This document shows, piece after piece, positions 35,322-50,532 of a stretch of DNA of 64,000 nt. The DNA is from Pristiophorus japonicus (lineage: Eukaryota). The translations under genes and the position numbers were made by a program. The notes under the pieces are model-generated. The model was given only the letters and a program-made list of their open reading frames with translations. It did not search any database and was not told where the DNA came from. The stretch is taken from positions 124,001 to 188,000 of the forward strand of contig NW_027254745.1 in assembly GCF_044704955.1 (NCBI RefSeq), given 5' to 3'. Every line of letters starts with the position of its first letter. Within the stretch, counting starts at the first letter, position 1.

Positions 35322-38300
35322 ACTGCACTAGACCATTTCTCTGCTGAGATTACACTAGACCCTGTCCCTGCTTACATTATACTAGACCCTGTCTCTGTTT
35401 ATATTACACTGGACCCTGTCCCTGCTTACATTACACTAGACCCTGTCTCTGTTTATATTACACGAGACCCTGTCCCTGTTTACATTACACTAGACCCTGT
35501 CTCTGTTTATATTACACGAGACCCTGTCTCTCTTTATATTACAATCGACGCTGTCTCTGTTTATATTACACTAGACCTAGTCACTGTTTACATTACATGC
35601 GACACTTCTCTGCACTAGACCCTATCTCTCTTTATTTTACACTAGACATTGTCTCTGTTTATATTACCCTAGATAATGTCTCCGTTTATATTACACTAGA
35701 CCCTGTCTCTGTTTATATTACAATAGACCCTGTCTCAGTTTATAATACACTAGACCCTGTCTCTGCTTATATTACACTAGAGCCTCTCTCTGTTTATCTT
35801 GCACTTGACCCAGTCTCTATTTAAATCACTCTACGGGCTGGCTCAATTATTAATGTATTGCAACTCATCTCTGCTTATATTAGGCCTTAGATCTCAGATG
35901 GAATATTATTGACATTTTTGGGCACCACATTTCCATAACGATGTACAGACACTAGAAAGGCGACTGAAGAGGTTTAACGGGTTGTTACCAGGGATGAGGG
36001 GCTTCAATTAGAGAGTTCAAAAGTTATAACTGTTCTCCTTGTAACAGAGTAGTTTAATTAGCGAGCTAATAGATCTCTCCAACATGCCAGCTTGTTTTTA
36101 TAATGTAGAGGAGATACGAGGGGACATGTCTTCACCGAGAGGGTGGTGGGGGTCTGAAACGCAATGCATGAAATATTGATAGAGGCTGGAATTCTCACCA
36201 TATTTAAACGATACTTGGATGTTCAATTAACATGTCGTAACCTACAGGTGACAGAACACGAGCTGGAAAGTGGGATTAGGCAGGATAGCTCTTGGTCGGC
36301 TGACGCAGATACAATGAACTGAAATGGCCTCCTTCAATGTTGTAAATTTCTAAGATTCTATGATATAGTGTGTCGGCTCTCACTAAGCAGAGGTCATAGA
36401 TTTAAAAGCATTGGCAAAAGATCTAGAGCGGAGAAGAGCAGAATTTGTTTTCACTCAGATTCAGCAGATGTGCGATGGAACGAATGGCTTCCTTTATGCC
36501 GTAATTGTCTGTGACACTATGAAATCACAGCAGATTGTTTCTCAGTTATTACTCCACTACACCATGCCTCTGTTTATATTACACTAGACTCTGCCACTAT
36601 TTATATTACATTAGACCCTCTCTCTATTTATATTACGCTAGATCCTGTCTCAGTTTATATTACACTAGAGCCTGTCTCTGTTTATATCACACTCGACCCT
36701 GTCTCTGTTTATATTGCACTATACCCTGTCTATGTTTATATTACACTAGACCCTGTCTCTGCTTATGCTACACCAGATCCTCTCTCTGTATATAATATAC
36801 TAGACCCTCAAAATAACGGGCTGCCCATTTAACCTGAGATGAGGAGAAATTTCTTCTCTCAGAGGGCTGTAAATCTATGGAATTCTCTGCCACGGAGAGC
36901 TGTGGAGGCTAGGTCATTGAATATATTGAAGGCGGAGATAGATCGATCTTTGAGCGATAAGGGAATAGATGGTATGGGGAGCGGGCAGGGAAGTGGGGCT
37001 GAGTCAATGATCAGGTCAGCAATGATCTTATCAAATGGCAGAGCAGGCTCGAAGGGACAGGCGGCCTACTCCTGTTTCTAGTTCTTATGTTGATATGTGC
37101 TTATTTTTATTACACTATACCGTGTCTTTGTTTATATTACACAAGGTCCTGTCTCTCTTTAAATTATACTAGACCTTGTCCCTGAATTTATTACGTTAGG
37201 CCATCTCTGTTTATAATAAACTCGACCCTCTCTCTGTTCATATTACACTAGACACTGTCTGTGTTTATATTGCACTAGGCCCTGTCTCTGTTTACATTAC
37301 ACTAGCCGCTGTCTCTGTTTCTACTACACGAGGACATGTCTCTGTTTATATTACGCTAGACTCTGTCGCTGTTTATATTACACGAGGCCCTGTCTCTGTT
37401 TATATTAAACTAGGCCCTGACTCTTTTTATATTACACTAGACCCTGTCTCTGATTATATTACACTAGACCCTGTCCATGTTTATATTACCCTGGACCCTG
37501 TCTCTGTTTATATTTCACTAGATTATGTCCCTGTTTATTTTACCCTGGACCCTGTCTCTGTTTATATTACACTAGACCCTGTCCATGTTTATACTACACT
37601 AGACCGTGTCTCTGTTTATATTACACTAGACCCTGTCTCTGTTTATATTACACTAGACCCTGTCTCTGATTATATTACACTAGACCCTGTCCATGTTTAT
37701 ATTACACTAGACCGTGTCTCTGTTTATATCACACTAGACCCTGTCTCTGATTATATTACACTAGACCCTGTCCATGTTTATATTACACTAGACCACGTCT
37801 CTGTTTATATTACACGAGACCCTGTCTCTGTTTATATTTCACTAGATTATGTCCCTGTTTATTTTACCCTGGACCCTGTCTCTGTTTATATTACACTAGA
37901 CCCTGTCCATGTTTATATTACACTAGACCGTGTCTCTGTTTATATTACAGTAGACCCTGTCTCTTTTTATATTACACTAGACCCTGTCTCTGATTATATT
38001 ACACTAGACCCTGTCCATGTTTATATTACACTAGACCACGTCTCTGTTTATATTACACTAGACCCTGTCTCTCTTTATATTTCACTAGATTATGTCCCTG
38101 TTTATTTTACCCTGGACCGTGTCTCTGTTTATATTACACTAGACCCTGTCCATGTTTATATTACACTAGACCGTGTCTCTGTTTATATTACACTAGATTA
38201 TATCCCTGTTTATATTACACTAGACCCTGTCTCTGTTTATATTACACTAGACCCTGTCTCTGTTTATATTACACTAGATTATGTCCCTGTTTATATTAGA

Positions 38301-38740
38301 CTAGACCCTGTCTCTGTTTTTATTACACTAGGCCCTGTTGCTGTTTATATTACACTAGACCGTGTCTCTGTTTACATTACACTAGACCCTGCCTCAGTTT
38401 ATAATACAATAGTCCCTGTCTCAGTTTATTTTACAGTAGACCCTGTCTCAGTTTATTTTACACTAGACCCTGTCCCTGTTTATGTTATGTTAGGCCTGTC
38501 TTTCTTTATATTACACTACACCTTGTCTATTTTCGTATTACACTAGACCCTGTCTTTGTTTATATTACACTAGACACTGTCTCTGTTTAAACTACACAAG
38601 GCCCTGTCCCTGTTTATATTACACGAGACCCTGCTGCTGTTTACATTACACTAGGCTCTGTCCCTGCTTATATTATACTATACCTTGTCTCTCTTTATAT
38701 TGCACTAGACCCTGCCTATGTTATATTACACTAGACTCTG
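35322..38740 (+). repeat. 27-bp satellite arrays (35322-35880, 36535-36808, 37100-38740) interrupted by CR1 3' fragments
   Basis: Same unit as above. CR1 MRRNFFSQRAVNLWNSLP at 36808-37095 and older pieces at 35900-36530. Confidence 0.92.
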
Positions 38741-39724
38741 TGAGGATGCAATACGTTTTTGGTTTGAAGTATATGTTTGTTTTGTTAACATCTAGCAAGA
38801 GCTATCTGAAATTTCTGCTTGATTTGGCATTGTTTCGTTAATATTTGTGTTGATAAGATGTGGTGACTTTTGTAACAATCTCCAAGAGATTGACTGGGAT
38901 TGAGGAACAGGAGTGAAGGTGAGGAATAGTACACTGCACTTTGTACTACTTAGTGGCAATCTGTGTGTTAAAGGTTACTCATTCGCACGTGTGTTGTCCT
39001 GTGCCAATTCCTCCGAGTTCTTTAATGTTAAGGATTGTTTTTCCTGCAGTACTTGCTAGTTCGCTGTCACGTGACCCAATGATTATGTCAGGCAGAGCCT
39101 GGCAACTTGACCTCACAGCACCGCCGGATGGGCGGCCGCGTGGTCCTAATATCCACCTGAAAAAATTCTCTCATCTCGTTAAGATGAACAGCTGAAAAGA
39201 GCACACACAAAGTTTTTGCTATATGTGTATGTGTATGTGCACGTGTGTGTGCACAAAACACATCATTCATTATGTGTGCATTCCACAAAGATAAATGGTT
39301 TGCTTCAACCATTATTTTTCAGCATTTTATTATATTCAAAATGCAATTCCATGTCGTTTAATAACTTTAACATTTATTGATAACCCATTGTCCTGTATGC
39401 TCTTGTTTAGTAAGTGATGTCGCACTGACCATTCCGTTACCAAGGTGATCATATCTGTCGCTGTATTCAGTGGGAAAGGGGATTAAATCCCATTGAGGAT
39501 AATGAGCAGCCCCCCGCTTTATTATCTAGTGATCACCTCACCGTCACACAGAAGTTCCTGAGATTTACCTCCACTGTGGATGATTAGTGTAAGTGTTCGT
39601 AAAAATGAAAATGCACCTGTACCTGGCATGAGGTTAATACATTTGTAATTGTCTGATGTGTTGATTCTCTCGTTACACCAGACCCCGTCGCAGTTTTTAC
39701 TGCACTAAACACAATCTCAGTTTA

Positions 39725-40870
39725 TATGGTTGATGTGTCTTGATAATATCCTTGCTGCCAAAGTTGAAGCCCATAAAATAAAAAGAACAGTGGCAGCATG
39801 GATATGAAATTGGCTGAGTGACAGGAATCAGAGAGGAGTGTTCTTATTTAGACTGTAGGAAGGTACACAGTGGTGTTCCGCAGTGGTAGGTAATTGGAAC
39901 TCTGCTTATCTTGATTTATATTCATGACGAAGATTTTGGTGTACGGGACACACTTTCAAAATGTTCATATCATTCAAAGCTTGGAGGCATAGTGAACAGT
40001 GAGGAGGATAGTGCTGACTGCAAGAGGACATAGCTATGCTGGTGGAATGTGTGGACACGTGGCAAATGAAACGGAGAACATATTGAAGTGATACATTTTT
40101 GTAGGAAGAACGCGGAGAGGGAAAATAAATGAAAGGGTACATTTCTAAAAGGCGTGATGAACAGAGAAACCTGGGGGTATGTTTGCACAAATTATCGAAG
40201 ATGGCAGGACAGGTTGAGAAAGTGTTTTATAAAGCATGCGGAATCCTGGGCTTCATAAATAGAGGCCTAGAATACAAAAGCAAGGAAATTATGATGAACG
40301 TGTATAAAACACTGGTTAGGCCTCAACTGGAGTATTGTGTTCAATTCTGGGCACTGCACTTTAGGAAGGATGTGATGGTCTTAGAGAGGGGGCAGAAAAG
40401 ATTTACGTGTTGTTCTGGGGATTAGACGCATCAGTTTTGTGGATAGACTGGAGAAGCTGGGATTGTTCTCCGTGGAGCAGAGAAGGTTGAGATCCGATTT
40501 GAGAGAGGTGTTCAGAATCATAAGGGGTGTAGACAGAATAGCTGGAGAGAAACTGTTCCCATTGCCGTAAGGGTCGAATACAGAGGACACAGATTTAAGG
40601 TGATTGGCAGAAGAACCAAAGGCGACATGAGGAAAACGTTTTTACACAGCTAGTGGTTCGGATCTGGAATGCACTACCTGAAAGGGCGGTGGAGGCGGAG
40701 TCAGTCATTGCATGACAAAGGGAATTAGATAAGTACCTCAATGAATAAAATTCACAGGGCTATGGGAAAGGGCGGGGGAGTGGACTAGCTGAAATACTCT
40801 TGCAGAGAGCGGCACGGGCTATATGGACCAAATGGCCCTCTTCTGTGCTGTAACCATTCTATGATTCTAT
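39725..40870 (+). mobile_element. Decayed CR1 fragment (paralogue at ~57760-58680)
   Basis: YKTLVRPQLEYCVQFW and the tail attctatgattctat. Confidence 0.85.
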
Positions 40871-40924
40871 AATATACAAGAACCTGTCTCAGTTATTACT
40901 ATACTAGACCCTGTTGCTGTTTGT

Positions 40925-41345
40925 ATTACCCCATCCACCACATTAAATATTCACTACCTCCACCACCGGCGCACTATGTCTGCAGTGAGTATTATCTACA
41001 AGATGCATTGCAACAACTCGTCAAGACTTATTCGACAGCACTTTCCAAACCTACGACCTCTTCCACCTGGATGGACAAGGGCAACGGGCTCATGGGAGCA
41101 CCATCACCTCCACATAACCCTCCAAATCACACACTATCTTAACTTGGAAGTTATTGCCGATCCTTCATAATCGCTGGGTAAAATTCGTGGAACAGCCCCC
41201 CGTACACTGTGGGTGTACCTTCGCCACACGGGCTGCAGCGGTTCAAGGTGGCAGCTCACCACATGCTTTTCAAGGCAAATTAGGGAAGACAATCAATGTT
41301 GGCCTTGCCAGCGACACACACACCCACATGCCAGGAACCAATAAA
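40925..41345 (+). mobile_element. 3' fragment of a second LINE family (paralogue at 59300-59720)
   Basis: IYKMHC.NS.RL.RQH.PNLRPLPP..TRA..SWEHHHL, duplicated in the window. Family not assigned. Confidence 0.55.
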
Positions 41346-43036
41346 CTATGTCCCAGTATCAGTAATTACTGCACGAGCCAATACCTCAGTTATTACTGCA
41401 CTAGAAACACTAATATTATACTAGGCCTTGTTTCAGAAATTACTGGAGTATGCCATGCCATTGTTCCTAACTGAAGACCCTGTCTCTGCTTGCAGTAAAT
41501 TAGACAATGACACTCTTTACATTACACTAGCTCCATTCTTTCATATTAATAAACTAGACCATGCCTCTGTTTATATTAGACTAGACCCTGTCTAAGATAT
41601 TACTGCACTAATCTATGTAAATCACAGGGCAGGTACAGCATGTGTCAGATACAGAGTAATGCTCCCTCTACAGCATTCCATCAATAAGTCCCAGGGCAGG
41701 TACAGCACGGGTTAGGTACAGAGTAAAGCTGTCTCTACACAGTCCCATTAAACACGCCCAGAGTTGGTAGAGCACGGGTTAGATACAGTGTAAAGATCCC
41801 TCTACATAGTCCCATCAAAAACTGCCAGATCATTAAATGCACATATCACATTTTGGATTAAAGCTCCCTCTGCGCATTCTGATCAATTTGGTTCGAGGCA
41901 TATCATTAGGGTTCAAGAAAAAGGTTTGTTAGATGTTGACATCAAGTTGTGGGGGAAAGCCAATTATCCATTCTTGAGAGACAAGACGGAAAGTGGAAAT
42001 AGGAGAGAGAGAGGATACGGGAAATCTCCACTGTCACATTTGTGATGCCACTATGTACGGTGATTAGAATCTTCCCCATTCTGTCCGTGGGGATCATCTT
42101 TACCTTATTCTCCTATAATTTAGAGAAATGTACCAAAAAACAATTGTTGCTGGAATCTGTTGAGAGATTTGCATTTTTCTCTATCTTTATTTCTGTGCTG
42201 TGTTGGTGGGGAATCATTTATTGTCTTTCTGTCGCTCAATACTCTAATCTGAGACTGCTATTTCCGTCCTTATTTACATAAACGTCTTACTGGTTCCCAT
42301 GAAATGTTCATGGCAGCAAAATAAGATAAATACACTCACTTATTGATTCTTTTCAACTCACAACAAGGGCTTATTTTAAGAATATTGACAGTTGGTACAC
42401 AGATATATACATATCTCGAACAGTGACTTTGGCTTCAGTTTTTGTTCAATTAGAACAGGTGTGATTTATATCTAACGGAATAAATTTTAAAATGAATAAT
42501 TCAGTTCTGAAAGTTCTGCTGCCATACTCAGTGTAACATCTCTGAACAGGCGGCTATTCCACTGGATCTCCATTTAGTGGAATATTTAATCTATTGAAAC
42601 TTAATACGTTAAACCAGTGAGCAGAGGAGTGTCAGACAATCAGAGTAATATCTGAGTTTTTCACATATCACAAATTGTATTTTCCAATGTTGACATTTCG
42701 AAACACCTTGCATTTGTATAGCACCTTTCATGACCTCAAGTTGTCCCAAAGTCCTTAAAAGCCAATGAATTATTTCGGAAATGTGGTCACGGTTGTAATT
42801 TAGGAAACGTGGCAGCCAATTTGTGCACAGCAAGATCCCATAAACAGCAATGAAATAATGATCAGATAATCAATTTTTCAGATGTTGGTTGATGGATACA
42901 TGTTTCCCTTGGAAACTCTGGAGAACTCCTCTGCTCTTTAAGATAGTGCCATGAATCCTTTAAATCCACCTGAGTGGTAAAACGGGGCCTCAGTTTAATG
43001 TCTGCCCCAAAAGACAGCACCTCTAATCGTGCAGCA

Positions 43037-45912
43037 TAGAAAGATAGAAAGATAAAAGCATAGAAAATAGGTGCAGGAGTAGGCCATTCGGCCCTTCGAG
43101 CCTGCAACACCATTCAACGAGTTCATGGCTGAACATGCAACTACAGTACCCCATTCCTGCTTTCTCGCCATACCCCTTGATACCCCTAATAGTAAGGACT
43201 ACATCTAACTCCTTTTTGAATATATTTACTGAATTGGCCTCAACAACTTTCTGTGGTAGAGAATTCCACAGGTTGACCACTCTCTGGGTGAAGAAGTTTC
43301 TCCTCATCTCGGTCCTAAATGGCTTACCCCTTATCTTTAGACTGTGACCCCTGGTTCTGGACTTTTCCAACATTGGGAACATTCTTCCTGCATCTAACCT
43401 GTCGAAACCCATCAGAATTTTAAAAGTTTCCATGAGATCCCCCCCTCATTCATCTGAACTCCAGTGAATACAAGCCCAGTTGATCCACTCTTTCTTGATA
43501 GGTCAGTCCCACCATCCCAGGAATCAGTCTGGTGAACATTCGCTCCACTCCCTCAATAGCAAGAATGTCCTTCCTCAAGTTAGGAGACCAAAACTGTACA
43601 CAATACTCCAGGTGTGGCCTCACCAAGGCCCTGTACAACTGTAGCAACTGCCCCAGTACTCAAATCCCCTCGCTATGAAGGCCAACATGCCATTTGCTTT
43701 CTTAACCGCCTGCTGTACCTGCATGCCAACCTTCAATGACTGATGTACCATGACACCCAGGTCTCGTTACACCTCCCCTTTTCCTAATCTGTCAACATTC
43801 AGATAATAGTCTGTCTCTCTGTTTTTACCACCAAAGTGGATAACCTCACATTTATCCATATTATACTTCATCTGCCATGTATTTGCCCACTCACCTAACC
43901 TATCCAAGTCCCTCTGCAGTCTCATGGCATCCTCCTCGCAACTCACACTGCCACCCAACTTAGTGACATCCGCAAATTTGGAGATACTTCATTTAATCCC
44001 CTCGTCCAAATCATTAATGTGCAATGTAAACAGCTGGGACCCCAGCACAGAACCTTGCGGTACCCCACTAGTCACTGCCTGCCATTCTGAAAAGTACCCA
44101 TTTACTCCTACTCTTTGCTTCCTGTCTGACAAGCAGTTCTCAATCCATGTCAGCACACTACCCCCAATCCCATGTGCTTTAACTTTGCACATTAATCTCT
44201 TGTGTGGGACCTTGTCGAAAGCCTTCTGAAAGTCGAAATATACCACATCAACTGGTTCTCCCTCGTCCACTCTACTGGAAACATCCTCAAAAAATTCGAG
44301 AAGATTTGTCAAGCATGATTTCCCTTTCATAAATCCATGCCAACTTGGACCTATCATGTCACCTATTTCCACATGCGCTGCTATGACATCCTTAATAATT
44401 TATTCCATCATTTTACCCACTACTGAGGTCAGGCTGACCGGTCTATAATTCCCTGTTTTCTCTCTCCCTCCTTTTTTAAAAAGTGGGGTTACATTGGCTA
44501 CACTCCACTCGATAGGAACTGATCCAGAGTCTATGGAATGTTGGTAAATGACTGTCAATGCATCCGCTATTTCCAAGGCCACCGTCGTAGGTCCTCTGGG
44601 ATGCAGTCCATCAGGCCCTGGGATTTATCGGCCTTCAATCCCATCAATTTCCCCAACACAATTTCCCGACTAATAAGGATTTCCCTCGTTTCCTCCTTCT
44701 TACTAGACCCTCTGACCCCTTTTATATCCGGAAGGTTGTCTGTGTCCTCCTTAGTGAATACCGAACCAAAGTACATATTCAATTGGTCTGCCATTTCTTT
44801 GTTCCCCGTTATGACCTCCTCTGATTCTGACTGCAGGGGACCTACGTTTGTCTTTACTAATCTTTTTCTCTTTACATATCTATAGAAACTTTTGTAGTCC
44901 GTCATAATGTTCACTGCAAGCTTCCTTTCGTACTCTATTTTCCCTGCCCTAATCAAATCCTTTGTCCTCCTCTGCTGAGTTCTAAATTTCTCCCAGTCCC
45001 CAGGTTCACTGCTATTTCTGGCCAATTTGTATGCCACTTCCTTGGCTTTAATATTATCCCTGATTTCCCTGATAGCCACGGTTCATCAACCTTCCCTTTT
45101 TTATTTTTACACCAGACAGGGATGTACAATTGTCGTAGTTCATCCATGCGGTCTCTAAATGTCTGCCATTGTCCATCCACAGTCTACCCCTTAAGTATTA
45201 TTCGCAAATCCATCCTAGCCAATTCACCCTCATATCTTCAAAGTTACCCTTCTTTAAGTCCTGGACCATGGTCTCTGAATTAATTGTTTCATTCTCCATC
45301 CTAACGTAGAGTTCCATCATATTATGGTCACTCTTCCCCAAGGGGCTTCGCACAACGAGATTGCTAATTAATCCTCTCTCATTACATAAGACCCAGTCTA
45401 AGATGGCCTCCCCCCCTAGTTGGTTCCTCGACATATTGCTCTCGAAAACCATCCATTATGCACTCCAGGAAATCCTTCTCCACCGTATTGCTTCCAGTTT
45501 GGTTAGCCCAATCTATATGCACATTAAAGTCACCCATGATAAATGCTGCACCTTTATTGCATGCACCCCTAATTTCCTGTTTGATGCGTTCCCCAACATC
45601 ACTGCTACTGTTTGGAGGTCTGTACACAACTCGCACTAACGTTTTTTGCCCTTTGATGTTCTGCAGCTCTACCCATATATATTCCACATCATCCAAGCTG
45701 ATGTCCTTCCTAACTATTGCATTAATCTCCTCTTTAACCAGCAATGCTACCCCAGCTCCTTTTCCTTTTATTCTTTCCTTCCTGAATGTTGAATACCCAT
45801 GGATGTTGAGTTCCCAGCCCTGATCATCCTGGAGCCACGTCTCCGTAATCACAATCATATCATATCCGTTAACATCTATTTCCACACAGTTAATTCATCC
45901 ACCTTATTCATC
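43037..45912 (-). mobile_element. 5'-truncated CR1 LINE (ORF2 pseudogene), copy 1
   Basis: APE endonuclease (VITETW, MGDFN) and RT ([28 protein letters not shown]), 3' (TCTA/TTTC)n tail, frameshifts. Confidence 0.95.
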
Positions 45913-47663
45913 CTGCACTGCCACAGTACTGGGACCAGGCGTGTCGGTTTCGATTATCAGCTCAGCTCTCTCGAGCGGGGTTTAGTATCTGTGACCTTCT
46001 GAATCAGAGGCGAGAGTGATCCCACTGAGCCGAATCTTGAACATATCACAGCTTGTATTTTAAAATGCTGCTATTCAGCTCATCATGTCTGAAGTCCAGG
46101 GTCTGAGCCCAGTCTTACACCGCTCCATTTATCATCAGGAGCGAGTTATCTAATATTGCCTGAGATATCATTACCACACTGTGATTTTCACTGTGTTCAT
46201 ATAAAAGTGTCAGTGATTCCACAGGGAACATCTCGAAGTGCCCCAGGCAGAACGACTCACAGACTTAAGAGATTTATATTGTGTGAGCTGGATAATCAGA
46301 GCATCTGGAAGCTGGGACTGTTCTCCTCAGAGCCGAGCAAGTTATGGGCCATTTAATAGAGGTATTCAAAATCAGGAAAAGTTTTGATCGGGTAAATTGG
46401 GAGATAATTCATCATTCCCTCTGACCACCCGCCTCTCCTTCTCTCCATTCCTTCATCACTCCATTTCTCTATCCCCCTCGCCCTCCATACCTGCCTCCAT
46501 CAATCGCTCCCTCCTTGGACACACCTCTCCCTCCCTCCGTCCGCACTCCACCCATCCAATACACTACACCTCCCTTGCTCCACTCCTCCATTCCTCCATC
46601 GCTCCCTCCATCAATCGCTCACTCCGTGCACCCATCCCTACCTCCGTCTCAGTTTATATTAAACTCGACCATGTCTCTGTTTATATTACACTAGGCACTG
46701 CATCAGTTATTCCTGCCATAGACCATGGCTGAAATATATTATATAAATGCCTGTCTCTCTTCATATTACATTAGATCTTGTCTAAACTATTAGTGCGCTG
46801 GACGCTGTCTGTATTTCTTATACTATCGACCCTGCTCAGTTATTTCAGCACTTGCACATGCGTCTGTTACATAGGCAGGAGATATAGAGAGGGTTTGACA
46901 GATATTAATATAAATAAAGATGTATATATGTGTGGGTGTGAGGATGCAATACTTTTTTGTTTGGAAGTATATGCTTAGATTTGTTAACAGCTATCAGCAC
47001 GTGTGTGCAATCTCTAATCGATCTGTTATTATGACGGTAATAATTGTGTTGAAAGGATGAGTGAATCTTGTAACAATCTTCCAGTAATGGACTGGGATTG
47101 AGGGACAGGACGGAAGGTGAGCAATTCACTGCACTTTGAACTACTGGCAAAATCTGTGGGTTTGAGGTTACTAATTCACACTTGTGTTGTCCTGTGCCTA
47201 TTTCTCCAAGTTCTTTAACGTTAAGGGTTGTTTTTCATCCAGTATTTGACGTGACCCACTGATTATGTAGGACAGAGCCTGGAACCGTGATCTCAGAGCA
47301 CCGCCGGATGGGCGGCCACAGTGTCCTAATATCGACCAGAAAATATGTTCTCACCTTGTGAAATGAACAACTGAAAAGAGAACACAAAAGTGTTTGGTAT
47401 ATGTTTATGTGTGTTNNNNNNNNNNNNNNNNNNNNNNNNNNNNNNNNNNNNNNNNNNNNNNNNNNNNNNNNNNNNNNNNNNNNNNNNNNNNNNNNNNNNN
47501 NNNNNNNNNNNNNNNNNNNNNNNNNNNNNNNNNNNNNNNNNNNNNNNNNNNAATGTCTGCAAGTGCACTCCACAAAGACAAATGATTAGCTTCAGCCAAT
47601 ATTTTTCAGCATTTTACTTCATTCAAAATGCAATTGCAGGTCATTTAATAGCTTTAACATTTA

Positions 47664-50532
47664 AGATAGAAAGATAGAAGCATAGAAAATAGGTGCAGGA
47701 GTAGGCCATTCGGCCCTTCGAGTCTGCAACACCATTCAATGAGTTCATGGCTGAACATGCAACTACAGTACCCCATTCCTGCATTCTCGCCATACCCCTT
47801 GATACCCCTAATAGTAAGGAATACATCTAACACCTTTTTGAATATATTTACTGAATTGGCCTCAACAACTTTCTGTGGTAGAGAATTCCACAGGTTGACC
47901 ACTCTCTGGGTGAAGAAGTTTCTCCTCATCTCGGTCCTAAATGGCTTACCCCTTATCCTTAGACTGTGACCCCTGGTTCTGGACTTTTCCAACATTGGGA
48001 ACATTCTTCCTGCATCTAACCTGTCGAAACCCATCACAATTTTAAAAGTTTCCATGAGATCCCCCCCTCATTCATCTGAACTCCAGTGAATACAAGCCCA
48101 GTTTATCCACTCTTTCTTGATAGGTCAGTCCCACCATCCCAGGTATCAGTCTGGTGAACATTCGCTCCACTCCCTCAATAGCAAGAATGTCCTTCCTCAA
48201 GTTAGGAGACCAAAACTGTACACAATACTCCAGGTGTGGCCTCACCAAGGCCCTGTACAACTGTAGCAACTGCCCCAGTACAGAAATCCCCTCGCTATGA
48301 AGGCCAACATGCCATTTGCTTTCTTAACCGCCTGCTGTACCTGCATGCCAACCTTCAATGACTGATGTACCATGACACCCAGGTCTCGTTACACCTCCCC
48401 TTTTCTTAATCTGTCAACATTCAGATAATAGTCTGTCTCTCTGTTTTTACCACCAAAGTGGATAACCTCACATTTATCCATATTATACTTCATCTGCCAT
48501 GTATTTGCCCACTCACCGAACCTATCCAAGTCCCTCTGCAGTCTCATGGCATCCTCCTCGCAACTCACACTGCCACCCAACTTAGTGACATCCGCAAATT
48601 TGGAGATACTTCATTTAATCCCCTCGTCCAAATCATTAATGTACAATGTAAACAGCTGGGACCCCAGCACAGAACCTTGTGGTACCCCACTAGTCACTGC
48701 CTGCCATTCTGAAAAGTACCCATTTACTCCTACTCTTTGCTTCCTGTCTGACAACCAGTTCTCAATCCATGTCAGCACACTACCCCCAATCCCATGTGCT
48801 TTAACTTTGCACATTAATCTCTTGTGTGGGACCTTGTCGAAAGCCTTCTGAAAGTCGAAATATACCACATCAACTGGTTCTCCCTCGTCCACTCAACTGG
48901 AAACATCCTCAAAAAATTCGAGAAGATTTGTCAAGCATGATTTCCCTTTGATAAATCCATGCCAACTTGGACCTAACATGTCACCTATTTCCACATGCGC
49001 TGCTATGACATCCTTAATAATTTATTCCATCATTTTACCCACTACTGAGGTCAGGCTGACCGGTCTATAATTCCCTGTTTTCTCTCTCCCTCCTTTTTTA
49101 AAAAGTGGGGTTACATTGGCTACACTCCACTCGATAGGAACTGATCCAGAATCTATGGAATGTTGGTAAATGACTGTCAATGCATCCGCTATTTCCAAGG
49201 CCACCGTCGTAGGTCCTCTGGGATGCAGTCCATCAGGCCCTGGGATTTATCGGCCTTCAATCCCATCAATTTCCCCAACACAATTTCCCGACTAATAAGG
49301 ATTTCCCTCGTTTCCTCCTTCTTACTAGACCCTCTGACCCCTTTTATATCCGGAAGGTTGTTTGTGTCCTCCTTAGTGAATACCGAACCAAAGTACATAT
49401 TCAATTGGTCTGCCATTTCTTTGTTCCCCGTTATGACCTCCCCTGATTCTGACTGCAGGGGACCTACGTTTGTCTTTACTAATCTTTTTCTCTTTACATA
49501 TCTATAGCAACGTTTGTAGTCCGTCATAATGTTCCCTGCAAGCTTCCTTTCGTACTCTATTTTCCCTGCCCTAATCAAATCCTTTGTCCTCCTCTGCTGA
49601 GTTCTAAATTTCTCCCAGTCCCCAGGTTCACTGCTATTTCTGGCCAATTTGTATGCCACTTCCTTGGCTTTAATACTATCCCTGATTTCCCTGATAGCCA
49701 CGGTTCATCAACCTTCCCTTTTTTATTTTTACACCAGACAGGGATGTACAATTGTCGTAGTACATCCATGCGGTCTCTAAATGTCTGCCATTGCCCATCT
49801 ACAGTCTACCCCTTAAGTATTATTCGCAAATCCATCCTAGCCAATTCACCCTCATACCTTCAAAGTTACCCTTCTTTAAGTCCTGGACCATGGACTCTGA
49901 ATTAATTGTTTCATTCTCCTACCTAACGTAGAGTTCCATCATATTATGGTCACTCTTCCCCAAGGGGCTTCGCACAACGAGATTGCTAATTAATCCTCTC
50001 TCATTACACAACACCCAGTCTAAGATGGCCTCCCCCCCTAGTTGGTTCCTCGACATCTTGCTCTCGAAAACCATCCATTATGCACTCCAGGAAATCCTTC
50101 TCCACCGTATTGCTTCCAGTTTGGTTAGCCCAATCTATATGCATATTAAAGTCACCCATGATAAATGCTGCACCTTTATTGCATGCACCCCTAATTTCCT
50201 GTTTGATGCGTTCCCCAACATCACTGCTACTGTTTGGAGGTCTGTACACAACTCGCACTAACGTTTTTTGCCCTTTGATGTTCTGCAGCTCTACCCATAT
50301 ATATTCCACATCATCCAAGCTGATGTCCTTCCTAACTATTGAATTAATCTCCTATTTAACCAGCAATGCTACCCCAGCTCCTTTTCCTTTTATTCTTTCC
50401 TTCCTGAATGTTGAATAGCCATGGATGTTGAGCTCCCAGCCCTGATCATCCTGGAGCCACGTCTCCGTAATCACAATCATATCATATCCGTTAACATCTA
50501 TTTGCACAGTTAATTCATCCACCTTATTCATC
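47664..50532 (-). mobile_element. CR1 LINE copy 2
   Basis: Near-identical to copy 1, with the same lesions. Confidence 0.95.

Noticed and set aside
31414-38740. ITLDPVSVY / LYYTRPCLC repeat ORFs, or a CRISPR-like array
   Set aside because: Contiguous 27-bp satellite with no unique spacers, in eukaryotic DNA.
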